Shown: positions 33,586 through 42,270 of the stretch, piece after piece
How the letters are laid out: each line of letters starts with the position of its first letter
Numbering within the stretch: the first letter of the stretch is position 1
DNA from: Sulfurospirillaceae bacterium
GTDB taxonomy: Bacteria; Campylobacterota; Campylobacteria; Campylobacterales; Sulfurospirillaceae
Length of the DNA: 64,000 bases
NCBI GenBank assembly: GCA_033723415.1
Contig: JAWVXD010000003.1
Coordinates: forward strand, 160,001 to 224,000
Direction of reading: 5' to 3'
Translations under genes and position numbers: made by a program
The notes under the pieces: generated by a model
What the model was told of the DNA's origin: nothing
The model's database searches: none
Seen by the model: the letters and a program-made list of their open reading frames with translations, nothing else

Positions 33586-34866
33586 CTAGATTATTGGTAT
33601 ATCAATATTGTTATAAGACTTATCCGAATAACTAAACGACCTATCCGACAAGTATTCTCTTTCCTCAATACCCCTAAATTTGGACTTATCCGAAGAAAAA
33701 GGACTTATCTGACCTATCCGAGAGTTATTTTTATAGACTATTTCGACTTTAGGTTCTTTAATAAGTTCGTAAACATCTCTATTGTTTTTTTCTGGGATTT
33801 TTGTGGCTCTCCAGAGCTTGTCTTTACCAGTTTGGACAACTGTATTATTTTTATCTTTATTTACATACCCTTGGTCGATAAGATGCTTAATTATCTGGCT
33901 GTAAGTTGGTTTTTCGTTTTGATTTTTTAGAAAATCAATAATCTCGGCTTTGATTTCTTCGTGTTCTTCCGTTTCTTTTGCCCAGCTGAGATCTACTTTG
34001 TTGATGGTGTGGGTATCTTGATTGTATGTAAATGCAATTTCTGTCAGCTCGCCGACTCTTTTTTTGATAGGAGTGAAAATAAAAGTTCTCCTAAAATCAT
34101 TTTTTTTAAGTATAAATGCATTTGAAGTATCCTCTTCCCAAGCACTAGAACCTGCGTATGTAAGTTCCGCCAAATCTTTCTGAGGTTTGTTGGTGTGATG
34201 CAGAAATAGTACAGTTGCACCTTGCCGCCGTAGGCTTTTTAACATATTCATGGTCTCTGATACGTCACGATTTTTGTCTCGATCACCTTTAACAAAGTTT
34301 TTTATAGAGTCAAAGACGATAAAGGTGTTAGATAGATCTGTTTCGTAGAGAGTTGATACAATCGAAAGCATTTCTGATTTTTTAGCATTAGACTCGTGGA
34401 AGTATCTAAACTTTTTTCCAAATTTTATTTTTACCGAGTCAATTTCTCTTTCTTTAATCGTTGTTATGCCGTTGTCGCCGTCGAAATAAACTATTCTCTT
34501 CCCGTTTTTTGCAACATAATTTGCAATGCCTATCGCTGTCAAGCTTTTGCCCGATTCTGGTTTTGCGGCAATCATCGTAATTTCATTTTCGACGATCATA
34601 TTTGGGTATAAATAATCAAATTTTGCATTTTTGACTTTAACTGGATCAAGATCAAATTTATCAAGAAATTTTTCTATTTCATCGAAAGATTTTTTTTCTT
34701 TTATGTCGAGATTTTGTTTTAATTTTTCAATTTCGATGTCTATTGCTTCTAGCTCCTCGAAATTTATATATCCGCTAATTTTCAATTTTTCGAGTTGATT
34801 TATTTGTTGCTTTATTGCCTCTTTTTGTTGTACCTTTTTTTCGATTTCGATTATTATTTTATTCAT
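33586..34866 (-). CDS. RecA-like/SF4 (AAA_25-type) helicase-like ATPase
   Basis: Walker A AKPESGKS, YFDGD, FIVFDS, LHHTNK, AGSSAW motifs. Confidence 0.8.
   Translation of the reverse strand: MNKIIIEIEKKVQQKEAIKQQINQLEKLKISGYINFEELEAIDIEIEKLKQNLDIKEKKSFDEIEKFLDKFDLDPVKVKNAKFDYLYPNMIVENEITMIAAKPESGKSLTAIGIANYVAKNGKRIVYFDGDNGITTIKEREIDSVKIKFGKKFRYFHESNAKKSEMLSIVSTLYETDLSNTFIVFDSIKNFVKGDRDKNRDVSETMNMLKSLRRQGATVLFLHHTNKPQKDLAELTYAGSSAWEEDTSNAFILKKNDFRRTFIFTPIKKRVGELTEIAFTYNQDTHTINKVDLSWAKETEEHEEIKAEIIDFLKNQNEKPTYSQIIKHLIDQGYVNKDKNNTVVQTGKDKLWRATKIPEKNNRDVYELIKEPKVEIVYKNNSRIGQISPFSSDKSKFRGIEEREYLSDRSFSYSDKSYNNIDIPII
33618..33732 (-). repeat. ~114-bp iteron-containing segment, copy 1 (inside helicase 3' end)
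   Basis: Reverse complement matches 57238-57351 with few mismatches; about five GGATAAGT-like units. Confidence 0.85.
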
Positions 34867-34879
34867 TTTTCTTTACCTT

Positions 34880-35416
34880 CTATGCAACAAAATTAAAAAG
34901 AGATGGCTGCGTATACTTGCATTCGTGCGCTATTTCAACTTTTTTTTCTTCAATTTTTTGCAAGTCGATTGTCGATTTGCAGGGTAGTCTTTTGCAACTT
35001 GTCCTGCCGTCGAAGTATTCTTCGATTTGAACTAAATTTATATCGATATAATTTTTGTATCTCGGATCGAAAAGATTTTTTAGTTCTGCTACGTAACGAT
35101 CAAGCAGCCATTTCGCCGCTTGCTCTGTGTCGCACAATTTCTTCGCCAAGCCGCCGCAATCCAGCATCGCGCGAAATATCCATTTTTTGATTTTCGCTCG
35201 CATTTTAGCTTCGATCAAGCAGGCGAAATCGTCGATCCGAAACGCCAGCCACTCCCAACTTTTATCAATTTTAAGAATTTCTCTTGCGAACTCTCTGCCA
35301 GCCCCTCCAGCGCCCCAAAACTGGTGCTCTTCTCGCATCGCAACATCTTGCAAAAACGTAATTGGATCTGTCCATTTCGCTGCAAACAACGAAGAATATA
35401 GCTCTTTTGCTTTCAT
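34880..35416 (-). CDS. Hypothetical protein, first gene of the leftward operon
   Basis: 178 aa, AAGGAG RBS, visibly more GC-rich than its neighbours; no family recognised. Confidence 0.75.
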   Translation of the reverse strand: MKAKELYSSLFAAKWTDPITFLQDVAMREEHQFWGAGGAGREFAREILKIDKSWEWLAFRIDDFACLIEAKMRAKIKKWIFRAMLDCGGLAKKLCDTEQAAKWLLDRYVAELKNLFDPRYKNYIDINLVQIEEYFDGRTSCKRLPCKSTIDLQKIEEKKVEIAHECKYTQPSLFNFVA

Positions 35417-35473
35417 TTTTTCTCCTTATTTTTCTAAAAAAATAAGGCTAGAGAGAGTAAAGTAGTATTTCGC

Positions 35474-35545
35474 TATAATTACACTCTTAGCCCGACACGG
35501 TTAAGAGCACCCGAGCGACGACCAAATCAAATCGGGTGCAACACA
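35474..35545 (+). ncRNA. Candidate antisense (countertranscript) RNA
   Basis: TATAAT at 35474-35479, then stems CTCTTAGCC/GGTTAAGAG and GCACCCGA/TCGGGTGC, antisense to the leftward leader. Confidence 0.5.
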
Positions 35546-35587
35546 AATTGAAGTTTTTGCTATTTTATTTATTCAATTTCAAAAGTT

Positions 35588-35616
35588 ATTATATCAAAAT
35601 CAACCTTTTGTGTCAA
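35588..35616 (-). promoter_or_regulatory. Consensus sigma70 promoter for the orf178-helicase-xis-int operon
   Basis: TTGACA-17 bp-TATAAT with TG extension on the minus strand. Confidence 0.85.
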
Positions 35617-35704
35617 TATTTTGATGAATTTTTCACTATTTTTATATTTTATATTTTTTTGGTATCATTCTGTGTATATTTTAAACAAATTCAAAAGGAA
35701 CGTT

Positions 35705-36373
35705 ATGAACTCAGCTGAATTAATATTTGAATACATTAAAAAAAAATATAATTTTTCAAAAGATAAAGAAGTTGCGGATAAAATAGGAGTCAATTATAAT
35801 ACTCTCAAAAACTGGGTAGTAAGGGATTCCCCCAACTACCAGGTCATAATTGATTTTGCAAAAACAGAGAAAATTGATTTAAACGAATTATTTAACTCTA
35901 GTCTTGCAGCTCCTTCTTTAGAAAATTCACCCTCGATGATTGCTCTTCAAGAGGCTAATGCCGTGGCGGCAAATGAAAATGAAGTTGCTGATTATCTTAA
36001 AAAATTTACACTCAATAAGTTGCTGCAAAAAATCTTCAATAAAAAAGATGGTTTCTGGGGAAAGCTAACAGATATTATTTTTCCACTTACACAGAGACTT
36101 ATCGTTGTTACGTATAAAATCTTTAAGCACATTTCAAAAGATGAAAATACTGAGATTGATGATGCGAAAAGTTATTTAATTGATAAAATTCAAAATTTAA
36201 AGCTTTTAGAATTTGAACACATTGGAATTACACCATGGGATATTAAAAAACTTGTTTCAATAATTGAAAATATGAATGAGGATGAGTGTAGAATTTTAAT
36301 TGAGGACACAAATCGATCACTGGATCAAATAAGACAATATCTAGGTTTTATTGATCAAATAACAATGAAATAA
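35705..36373 (+). CDS. Phage CI-type HTH repressor-like protein
   Basis: N-terminal KDKEVADKIGVNYNTLKNWVVRDSP HTH; divergent from the replication operon; start at ATG 35705 after AAAGGA. Confidence 0.8.
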   Translation: MNSAELIFEYIKKKYNFSKDKEVADKIGVNYNTLKNWVVRDSPNYQVIIDFAKTEKIDLNELFNSSLAAPSLENSPSMIALQEANAVAANENEVADYLKKFTLNKLLQKIFNKKDGFWGKLTDIIFPLTQRLIVVTYKIFKHISKDENTEIDDAKSYLIDKIQNLKLLEFEHIGITPWDIKKLVSIIENMNEDECRILIEDTNRSLDQIRQYLGFIDQITMK

Positions 36374-36376
36374 GGG

Positions 36377-36547
36377 CTATTTTAGCCCTTTGCGTTTACA
36401 GTAGCGATAAAACCCATTATATGTAATTTGTACATTATTTGGCATCTTGTGACTTAGTATTTTCCAAATGCTTCTCAAGCTCGCACCAGTTTTTACAAAT
36501 TCCTCGATCTCTTGTCTGTACAGATCCAATATACTTACTTTACTCAT
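36377..36547 (-). CDS. 56-aa HTH-like protein (below ORF-track cutoff)
   Basis: GGAGG RBS; MSKVSILDLYRQEIEEFVKTGASLRSIWKILSHKMPNNVQITYNGFYRYCKRKGLK. Confidence 0.65.
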   Translation of the reverse strand: MSKVSILDLYRQEIEEFVKTGASLRSIWKILSHKMPNNVQITYNGFYRYCKRKGLK

Positions 36548-36619
36548 TTTATTCCTCCATTTTCTTTCTTATCTATATTCATAATTCATCACTACTTGCA
36601 CAGTATTTAAACACTTCAA

Positions 36620-36754
36620 ATTTACTTTAAATAAAGCTTATTTGAAGTAAATCTAAGCTTCAAAGATACTTTATTTAAGCTCTATTTGAAGTAAATCTAA
36701 AGCTTATTTAGAGCATATTTGAAGTAAATTTAAGCTCCAAAGATACTTTATTTA
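36620..36754. repeat. AT-rich direct/inverted repeat cluster
   Basis: TATTTGAAGTAAATYTAA at 36639, 36683 and 36716; 39-bp near-duplicate 36639-36677/36716-36754; inverted partial copy at 36620-36633. Confidence 0.8.
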
Positions 36755-36948
36755 GAGCTTATATAAAGCTTTTCAAGGGCTCTTCTAATTTCATGTAAAT
36801 TGTGTAATTCCCAATCAACAAATCTTTTTTTATTGACCATCGAAACATCGTATTTTAGCCTTTCACATTCGTTTTCAAGCTCACTTATTTTCTTCAACAC
36901 CAGTTCGTAAATTTCTTGTGTAGCAGTTGGTAGGATTGGCTTTGTCAT
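36748..36948 (-). CDS. Small coiled-coil hypothetical protein
   Basis: GGAGG RBS before ATG 36948 (MTKPILPT...). Confidence 0.6.
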   Translation of the reverse strand: MTKPILPTATQEIYELVLKKISELENECERLKYDVSMVNKKRFVDWELHNLHEIRRALEKLYISSK

Positions 36949-37052
36949 CTTCTGCCTCCAAAACTCGCTAGATATAATAGCATCGTAAAAAACCATTCAA
37001 AACATTTCCAAATTAAACCTATTCCAGTAAAAACAAGATCTATTAGCTTCAT
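36945..37052 (-). CDS. 35-aa hydrophobic peptide
   Basis: GAGGTGG RBS; MKLIDLVFTGIGLIWKCFEWFFTMLLYLASFGGRR; ATGA overlap with the next gene. Confidence 0.5.
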   Translation of the reverse strand: MKLIDLVFTGIGLIWKCFEWFFTMLLYLASFGGRR

Positions 37053-37126
37053 AATTCCCACCTCTTTATTGTAAATTAATTGTTGTTATCCATATTCATA
37101 ATTGTGTGGTATTGGATACAAAATTT

Positions 37127-37152
37127 ATCTGGGGGCAACTTTGCCCCCGATA
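37127..37152 (-). terminator. Terminator after the pilin genes
   Basis: GGGGGCAA / TTGCCCCC stem just after the stop at 37154. Confidence 0.7.
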
Positions 37153-37153
37153 G

Positions 37154-37660
37154 TTACCAAGATATGATAAGATTTACCGAAGCGGTTAAGGTACCTGCAT
37201 CACAAGTATATTTTCCAGTACCGCTATCAAGGCTACAACCCGTTATAGGGTAAACATTAGGATATAGTGTTACCGTTTCGGTTGATCCAGTCGCCGTTCT
37301 GTTCCAAGGAGAGTTAGACATTACCAAATTTGTTTTTGATGCGTCTTGATAAAACTTCATCCCGTAGGTACTTCCAGTACCATTTGCCTGCATCGTATAT
37401 TGAGTTGCGTTTGTCGTTATAGAATATGATAATCCACTTGAGCAAGTCAGATCGAAAGTCAAAGGGTTCATCACTTCACCAGTGTTGCTCATAACCGTTG
37501 GAACAGTTCCAAGATCAAGTGTGGTACTCAAGTTTGCAATATTGCAACCTCCAGTATAAGTAATTGTTACTGGAACAGTTGTACTTGTAGAACCAGCAAA
37601 CGATACTGTTGTCAAACAAGCCATTAATATAGCTGTTAAAATACTTTTTTTCATCTGCAC
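37154..37660 (-). CDS. Spore coat U (SCPU/Csu-type) pilin subunit
   Basis: Signal peptide, GC...LDLG...C pattern, ends VNLIISW. Confidence 0.75.
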   Translation of the reverse strand: MQMKKSILTAILMACLTTVSFAGSTSTTVPVTITYTGGCNIANLSTTLDLGTVPTVMSNTGEVMNPLTFDLTCSSGLSYSITTNATQYTMQANGTGSTYGMKFYQDASKTNLVMSNSPWNRTATGSTETVTLYPNVYPITGCSLDSGTGKYTCDAGTLTASVNLIISW

Positions 37661-37664
37661 CTCC

Positions 37665-38138
37665 TTACCATGAAATTGTTACATTTAAAGTATCGCTGTA
37701 TGTTCCAGCTGGCGGCAATGGGTTATTATCTGCCATCGCAACTTTTGCATATACATTAATTGTATCGGTTGATCCAGTCGCCGTTCCAGTAATTGTATTT
37801 GCTGTCGTCGCTCCAAGCTCCGTGGTCATACCTGCATCACTGTAAAGTCTATAAGTAATATAATCTGTTCCACTGGCAGCTCTTCTTAATTCACCGTTTG
37901 GATTTCCTCCGCCATCAATTGTTGCTGTCCAATTTAGACCACTATTACAGATAATATCTACATTGAAGTTTGCAGTTGCATCGCTAACACCGCTAAAATC
38001 GAGTGTGAGAGCTGGACTGTTTGTAATGCTACAAGTTTGTTCGGCTGTACCGTTTACCGTTACAGTTCCACCAGTCGTTCCAGCTACTAAACTTATTGCT
38101 CCAAAGAAGAGCATCATAAGACATAAAACCTTTTTCAT
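37665..38138 (-). CDS. Spore coat U (CsuA/B-type) major pilin
   Basis: Signal peptide, two Cys, ITYRLYSD, PAGTYSDTLNVTISW. Confidence 0.85.
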   Translation of the reverse strand: MKKVLCLMMLFFGAISLVAGTTGGTVTVNGTAEQTCSITNSPALTLDFSGVSDATANFNVDIICNSGLNWTATIDGGGNPNGELRRAASGTDYITYRLYSDAGMTTELGATTANTITGTATGSTDTINVYAKVAMADNNPLPPAGTYSDTLNVTISW

Positions 38139-38159
38139 TGTTCCTCCTAAAGTCTAGAT

Positions 38160-38756
38160 TTATTTGCTTTCGCACCTATAAGCATAATTCCCGTGATTTG
38201 TTTCAATCGTTCCGCTTGCTCTTACATTGTCCACCTCCTTAATGTGGTTTGGTAAAACATACTCATTCATCTTCTTATCTGTGATAGATAAGATTTTATA
38301 GTGCATATTCCCACTATTTTTTATTTGAAGTGCATGACCTTTGCAGCTCAATTCAAGTTTTGGTTTTTGAAATTTCGGCAGGATAAAAACGGGAATAGAT
38401 AGAGTCTTTAATACTCTTGTTTGCCCTTCAAACTTATTGATATTCAGCTCTCTTAAGATAAGCCTATAAGATTTTTCTTGGGGTATTAAATTACTTCGTT
38501 TGTTATACACTTTTATCTTTTTTGGAGCTTGTAAGATTCTCGGATATACAACAACTTCATTAGTATTCTCCAACACTTCCTCTCCTTTTGTATCCTGAGT
38601 CCATTTTTTGATGTAAGCTTGATATTTACCGTTATCATCAGCTATGGTAAACTCTTTGTACTTCTTGCCGTATTGAATTTCTACTGGGATTGGATGCACC
38701 TGCAATGCAAAAGCTGCTATACTTGATAGTAGTGACACTAAAACTATTTTCTTCAT
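38160..38756 (-). CDS. Fimbrial periplasmic chaperone (CsuC-like)
   Basis: WTQ..GEEVL, VYP, EKSYRLILREL, LSIPVF, NSGNMH motifs. Confidence 0.85.
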   Translation of the reverse strand: MKKIVLVSLLSSIAAFALQVHPIPVEIQYGKKYKEFTIADDNGKYQAYIKKWTQDTKGEEVLENTNEVVVYPRILQAPKKIKVYNKRSNLIPQEKSYRLILRELNINKFEGQTRVLKTLSIPVFILPKFQKPKLELSCKGHALQIKNSGNMHYKILSITDKKMNEYVLPNHIKEVDNVRASGTIETNHGNYAYRCESK

Positions 38757-40711
38757 TTTCTTTTCTCCTGACAGTTGATTTGAACCTCATTGGGTTCTTT
38801 ACCCTTATTCATAAAATTAACTTTGCAACTTGTATTTGGTATTTGAGGGATAAAATCCTCATATTTTCCTATAAAACCATCGATCCAGAACTCACCGTCA
38901 AAGCCAGTAAAATATTCTTTATCTCCGACTTTAAAAGTTTTTTCATTGTATGGCTTGCCGTTTACTTTGATGGTTCCAGTAATCGTTTTATAAAGAGATG
39001 GATCTAACCAATAACCTTGGCCACTTTTTAGAGTTACTGGCGTGCTTGTAAATTTATTCTTCACATCGGTAGTCCAGTAAGACGGTATTCTCTTTAATTC
39101 CTTATCCTCTAACAAATAAGAGCTTGCTGGATAGATGACATCACCAAAGCCACAATTAATGCCCTCTGCAACTACGCAACCGATAGAACCGCTTATACCA
39201 AGATCCCAAGTTGTCTGATCGCTGATTTTTTGAGCATTAAACCAAAAGTTATTTTGATATTTTGCTTTTAATGATGCTTTGTATGTATCGCTCGTATAGC
39301 CTAAATCACTGGTTTGTTTTGAATAACTGGCTTCATATCCAAAACCTTTATGCTCATCCTCAATTGGCATCGATGTAGCTATGTATTTGCTTTGTCCATC
39401 ATCTTTGCTGGTGTTTGCATAGGTAAGAGTGGTTCTTCTACTCCCAATATCAAAATTCCAAACAAACCTTGCACCTATATTATAAGTATGATCTGTATTG
39501 TTAAAATTTGCATTGATTGAGAGATTGAGATTTTTCCAAAGCATTTTAGAGTAACTTACCCCAAAGAGAGTCTGAGCATTTGTGTGAAATTGAAGAGAGA
39601 TATTACCAAACCCTCCAGATACTCCAGCGTTGATCCTAAAATCACTTTTTTTGTCTTTTAGTATCTGCATTGCACCGATGTAATAGTTTTCAGATGAATA
39701 ACTGTAATCTATTGCTGCATTTTTTTTATTATCGATTTGTAATCCGAGTTTACCAAGAGTAGAGAGATAATCGGCCGTAAGTGCAGTTCTGTTAGTATCA
39801 AAAGCAAACCCAACCGTTAAATTGTCTGTAATTCCCTTTCTATAAAACCCACTGTATTGCATTTTTTGCTTTTCGTCTTTACCGATGGCAAAATCATAAT
39901 CGATGCTATCTTTTGCAAGTATATTTTGGTTGTAAAGAAAAGGAACGTCTATCTCTCTTGCATTCCCAAAACTATCAGTCACAACTATTTTTATGTTGTT
40001 TGAAAAATGGCTTATTGGTAAATCTCTTAAGTTGTAGATACCTGCATTTAAGGTAAGCTTTTGGATTATTTGATCATTGTTGTAGATTTCTACCGTTGAT
40101 TGATCATTGATCACTAACTGATAATCAAAAGTTTTTCCATTTTGAACCATCGCTTTATTTGGAGAGATTTGAACTCCCTCAAGAGCATATCCAGCAGTAA
40201 GATAGCTTCCAGATACAGCATAGACACTTCCAAGCTTGAGTTTTTTTTTCTCAAATTCTTTTAAGATGAAGTAGTTTTCGAGTTTATTTTCTTGCTTATC
40301 CGACAATGTTCCTTGAGTGTAGAATAAAGTATTATAAGCAAAAACTCCACTTCCCAGAGTTGCACTTACACCAGTATCTCTTTGTGCAATAGAGTAATTT
40401 AAAAAAGCGGATGTGCTATCTTTAAAGTATTTCTTTTTTTGTTGCCTAAAAGATAGTACTTCTTTTGATAAACATTTTCTTTTAGGCTTTAAAAATAGCT
40501 TTTCATCACTTTCTTGATACACTCCTAGATCTGATAAGTTTTTAGACGAGCATTTGCCAAAGGTAATATTATCATCAGCTATATACTTGCCGTTATCCTG
40601 AGTAAATAAAAAAGTACCTATTTGTTCAGTTCCAACAAATAGATCTAAAACTTTTGGCTCTGCAAAAAGAAAAATGGGTAAAAAGAGAAAAGCCTTAGTT
40701 AGATGCTTCAA
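38753..40711 (-). CDS. Outer-membrane fimbrial usher (CsuD-like, compact)
   Basis: SAFLNYS, plug STVEIYNND...GIYNLRDLP...IVVTDSFG, YRKGITDNLTVG, TGFDGEFW; likely TTG start at 40711 after GAGGGG. Confidence 0.85.
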   Translation of the reverse strand: MKHLTKAFLFLPIFLFAEPKVLDLFVGTEQIGTFLFTQDNGKYIADDNITFGKCSSKNLSDLGVYQESDEKLFLKPKRKCLSKEVLSFRQQKKKYFKDSTSAFLNYSIAQRDTGVSATLGSGVFAYNTLFYTQGTLSDKQENKLENYFILKEFEKKKLKLGSVYAVSGSYLTAGYALEGVQISPNKAMVQNGKTFDYQLVINDQSTVEIYNNDQIIQKLTLNAGIYNLRDLPISHFSNNIKIVVTDSFGNAREIDVPFLYNQNILAKDSIDYDFAIGKDEKQKMQYSGFYRKGITDNLTVGFAFDTNRTALTADYLSTLGKLGLQIDNKKNAAIDYSYSSENYYIGAMQILKDKKSDFRINAGVSGGFGNISLQFHTNAQTLFGVSYSKMLWKNLNLSINANFNNTDHTYNIGARFVWNFDIGSRRTTLTYANTSKDDGQSKYIATSMPIEDEHKGFGYEASYSKQTSDLGYTSDTYKASLKAKYQNNFWFNAQKISDQTTWDLGISGSIGCVVAEGINCGFGDVIYPASSYLLEDKELKRIPSYWTTDVKNKFTSTPVTLKSGQGYWLDPSLYKTITGTIKVNGKPYNEKTFKVGDKEYFTGFDGEFWIDGFIGKYEDFIPQIPNTSCKVNFMNKGKEPNEVQINCQEKRK

Positions 40712-40916
40712 ACATCGCCCCTCGATCATTAAAGAACCAATCAATATTTACGTTATATATTTGAATTAAATTTCTTAGAAATTGATATGTAATATTGTAA
40801 GTGTCATTTTCAATGTAAGACAGAGTTCTTTGCTTTATGCCGATTTTCTCTGCGAATTTTTCTTGAGATAATTTAAGAGTTTCTCGAATAAGTTTTACTT
40901 TTTCATGTGCTTGCAT
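40695..40916 (-). CDS. XRE-family HTH regulator heading the pilus operon
   Basis: LSQEKFAEKIGIKQRTLSYIEN; AAGGAG RBS. Confidence 0.88.
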   Translation of the reverse strand: MQAHEKVKLIRETLKLSQEKFAEKIGIKQRTLSYIENDTYNITYQFLRNLIQIYNVNIDWFFNDRGAMFEASN

Positions 40917-41143
40917 TGTTTCTCCTTTTTATAATTTAAAATGTTTTATATCTATATTCATAATCAAGCAGATGGGGTATTAAATTACTTCGTTTTACAA
41001 CACAAAAAAGATGGCTTAGAGGTATTAAATTACTTCGTTTCAGATTGAAAAAGCCGATTTTTGGTACAATATTAGAGCAGAAAAGAGTAGGGTATTAAAT
41101 TACTTCGTTTTTAGAGCAAACAATGTAAAATAGGGAGCTTGAA

Positions 41144-41449
41144 ATGATGACACTTATTAAAAATTATCTTTTACTCGTTTTGATAAAAGCTATCCTCAAC
41201 TATATACTACTTGCATTGATTGTGCTTGTCGTATTTGGCGGTTATGCACTTATCACAGATTGGGCTAGTATGATTAAATTTGCAACCGAGATAAGAAACA
41301 ATGAATTTGCTAAAATCATTCTTTGGTTGCCTTTGGTTTTGGCATTGTTTAACAAAGTTGAGGGAAATTTTAATAATGAAAATACAAAACGATATAAAGA
41401 AACCGAACACTTCTTTGAAATGTATGACACAATCGGAATGAAATGGTAA
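41144..41449 (+). CDS. Small membrane protein
   Basis: GGGAG RBS, two hydrophobic segments. Confidence 0.7.
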   Translation: MMTLIKNYLLLVLIKAILNYILLALIVLVVFGGYALITDWASMIKFATEIRNNEFAKIILWLPLVLALFNKVEGNFNNENTKRYKETEHFFEMYDTIGMKW

Positions 41450-41576
41450 AGGGCTATAATTGTGAAAGTAATATCCTCTTTGTTTAATATGGGGTAGGGT
41501 ATTAAATTACTTCGTTTTTCAATGTTGAAGCCTGATTTTGGTATAATGGATCGAAATAAAGAGAAGGGAGAGCCAA

Positions 41577-41729
41577 ATGCCGTTTTTATTACTGATGATC
41601 TCACTATTTCTTTTTGCATTGGTTCACAATTGGTATCATGCAGCGTTAGGTGTATTGATCGCGATTGTTGCTTCGTTGCTTGCAACATACTGGAAGCCTT
41701 TTAGAGACTCTCTTGAAGAGTATTTTTAA
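41577..41729 (+). CDS. 50-aa membrane peptide
   Basis: AAGGGAG RBS; MPFLLLMISLFLFALVHNWYHAALGVLIAIVASLLATYWKPFRDSLEEYF. Confidence 0.6.
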   Translation: MPFLLLMISLFLFALVHNWYHAALGVLIAIVASLLATYWKPFRDSLEEYF

Positions 41730-41743
41730 AATAGGAGTATTCT

Positions 41744-41878
41744 ATGATTTTTAATTTAGTTGCCGGAACTTTTACACTTGTTGCTGTCCTCTTAGCGATT
41801 GCAAAATATCGATATGAGAACGGAATCTCAAAATTTAGCCCTTGGCATCCAGACAAAAAAGAAGAGCCAACCCTATAA
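41744..41878 (+). CDS. 44-aa membrane peptide
   Basis: AGGAG RBS; MIFNLVAGTFTLVAVLLAIAKYRYENGISKFSPWHPDKKEEPTL. Confidence 0.6.
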   Translation: MIFNLVAGTFTLVAVLLAIAKYRYENGISKFSPWHPDKKEEPTL

Positions 41879-41910
41879 AAGGATTGGCGAAGTAATTTAA
41901 TACTGCTGTC

Positions 41911-42267
41911 TTAAAAGTTTTTCCACTTTTTATCGAAATCTTTATCAAACTCTTCAAAAGAACGATCAAAATTGTCCTTATAGACTTTCTCTCCCTTATT
42001 TACTTGTTTTTGAGCTATTATCTTTGTATCAGCTTTTGCAATTGTACTGTTTTTATCATTGTTGCTAGACATCTTTTTAGGCCTTGCTTTTGAGTTTACA
42101 TCTGCTTTATAAAAGCCATCAACTGCATTGTTGAAATCTTTTTGAGCACTTTGATAGCCTGTTTTAAAATCTTCTTTTGATTGTTGAAAAGAGATTTGAT
42201 TGTCACCGACTATAATTAATGTAACCACAAAAGCTGCTACTGCAAATAACCATTTCATTTTACACAC
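41911..42267 (-). CDS. Membrane-anchored/exported hypothetical protein
   Basis: N-terminal hydrophobic segment, charged C-terminus. Confidence 0.65.
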   Translation of the reverse strand: MCKMKWLFAVAAFVVTLIIVGDNQISFQQSKEDFKTGYQSAQKDFNNAVDGFYKADVNSKARPKKMSSNNDKNSTIAKADTKIIAQKQVNKGEKVYKDNFDRSFEEFDKDFDKKWKNF

Positions 42268-42270
42268 TCC

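Noticed and set aside
34815..35465. Several alternative ORFs overlapping orf178
   Set aside because: Explained by local high GC and few stop codons; only 34880-35416 has a strong RBS and fits the operon
41242..41704. ORFs 41242-41688 (-) and 41522-41704 (+)
   Set aside because: Overlap better-supported RBS-bearing membrane ORFs; the KRSNLIP match to the chaperone comes only from the 19-bp repeat
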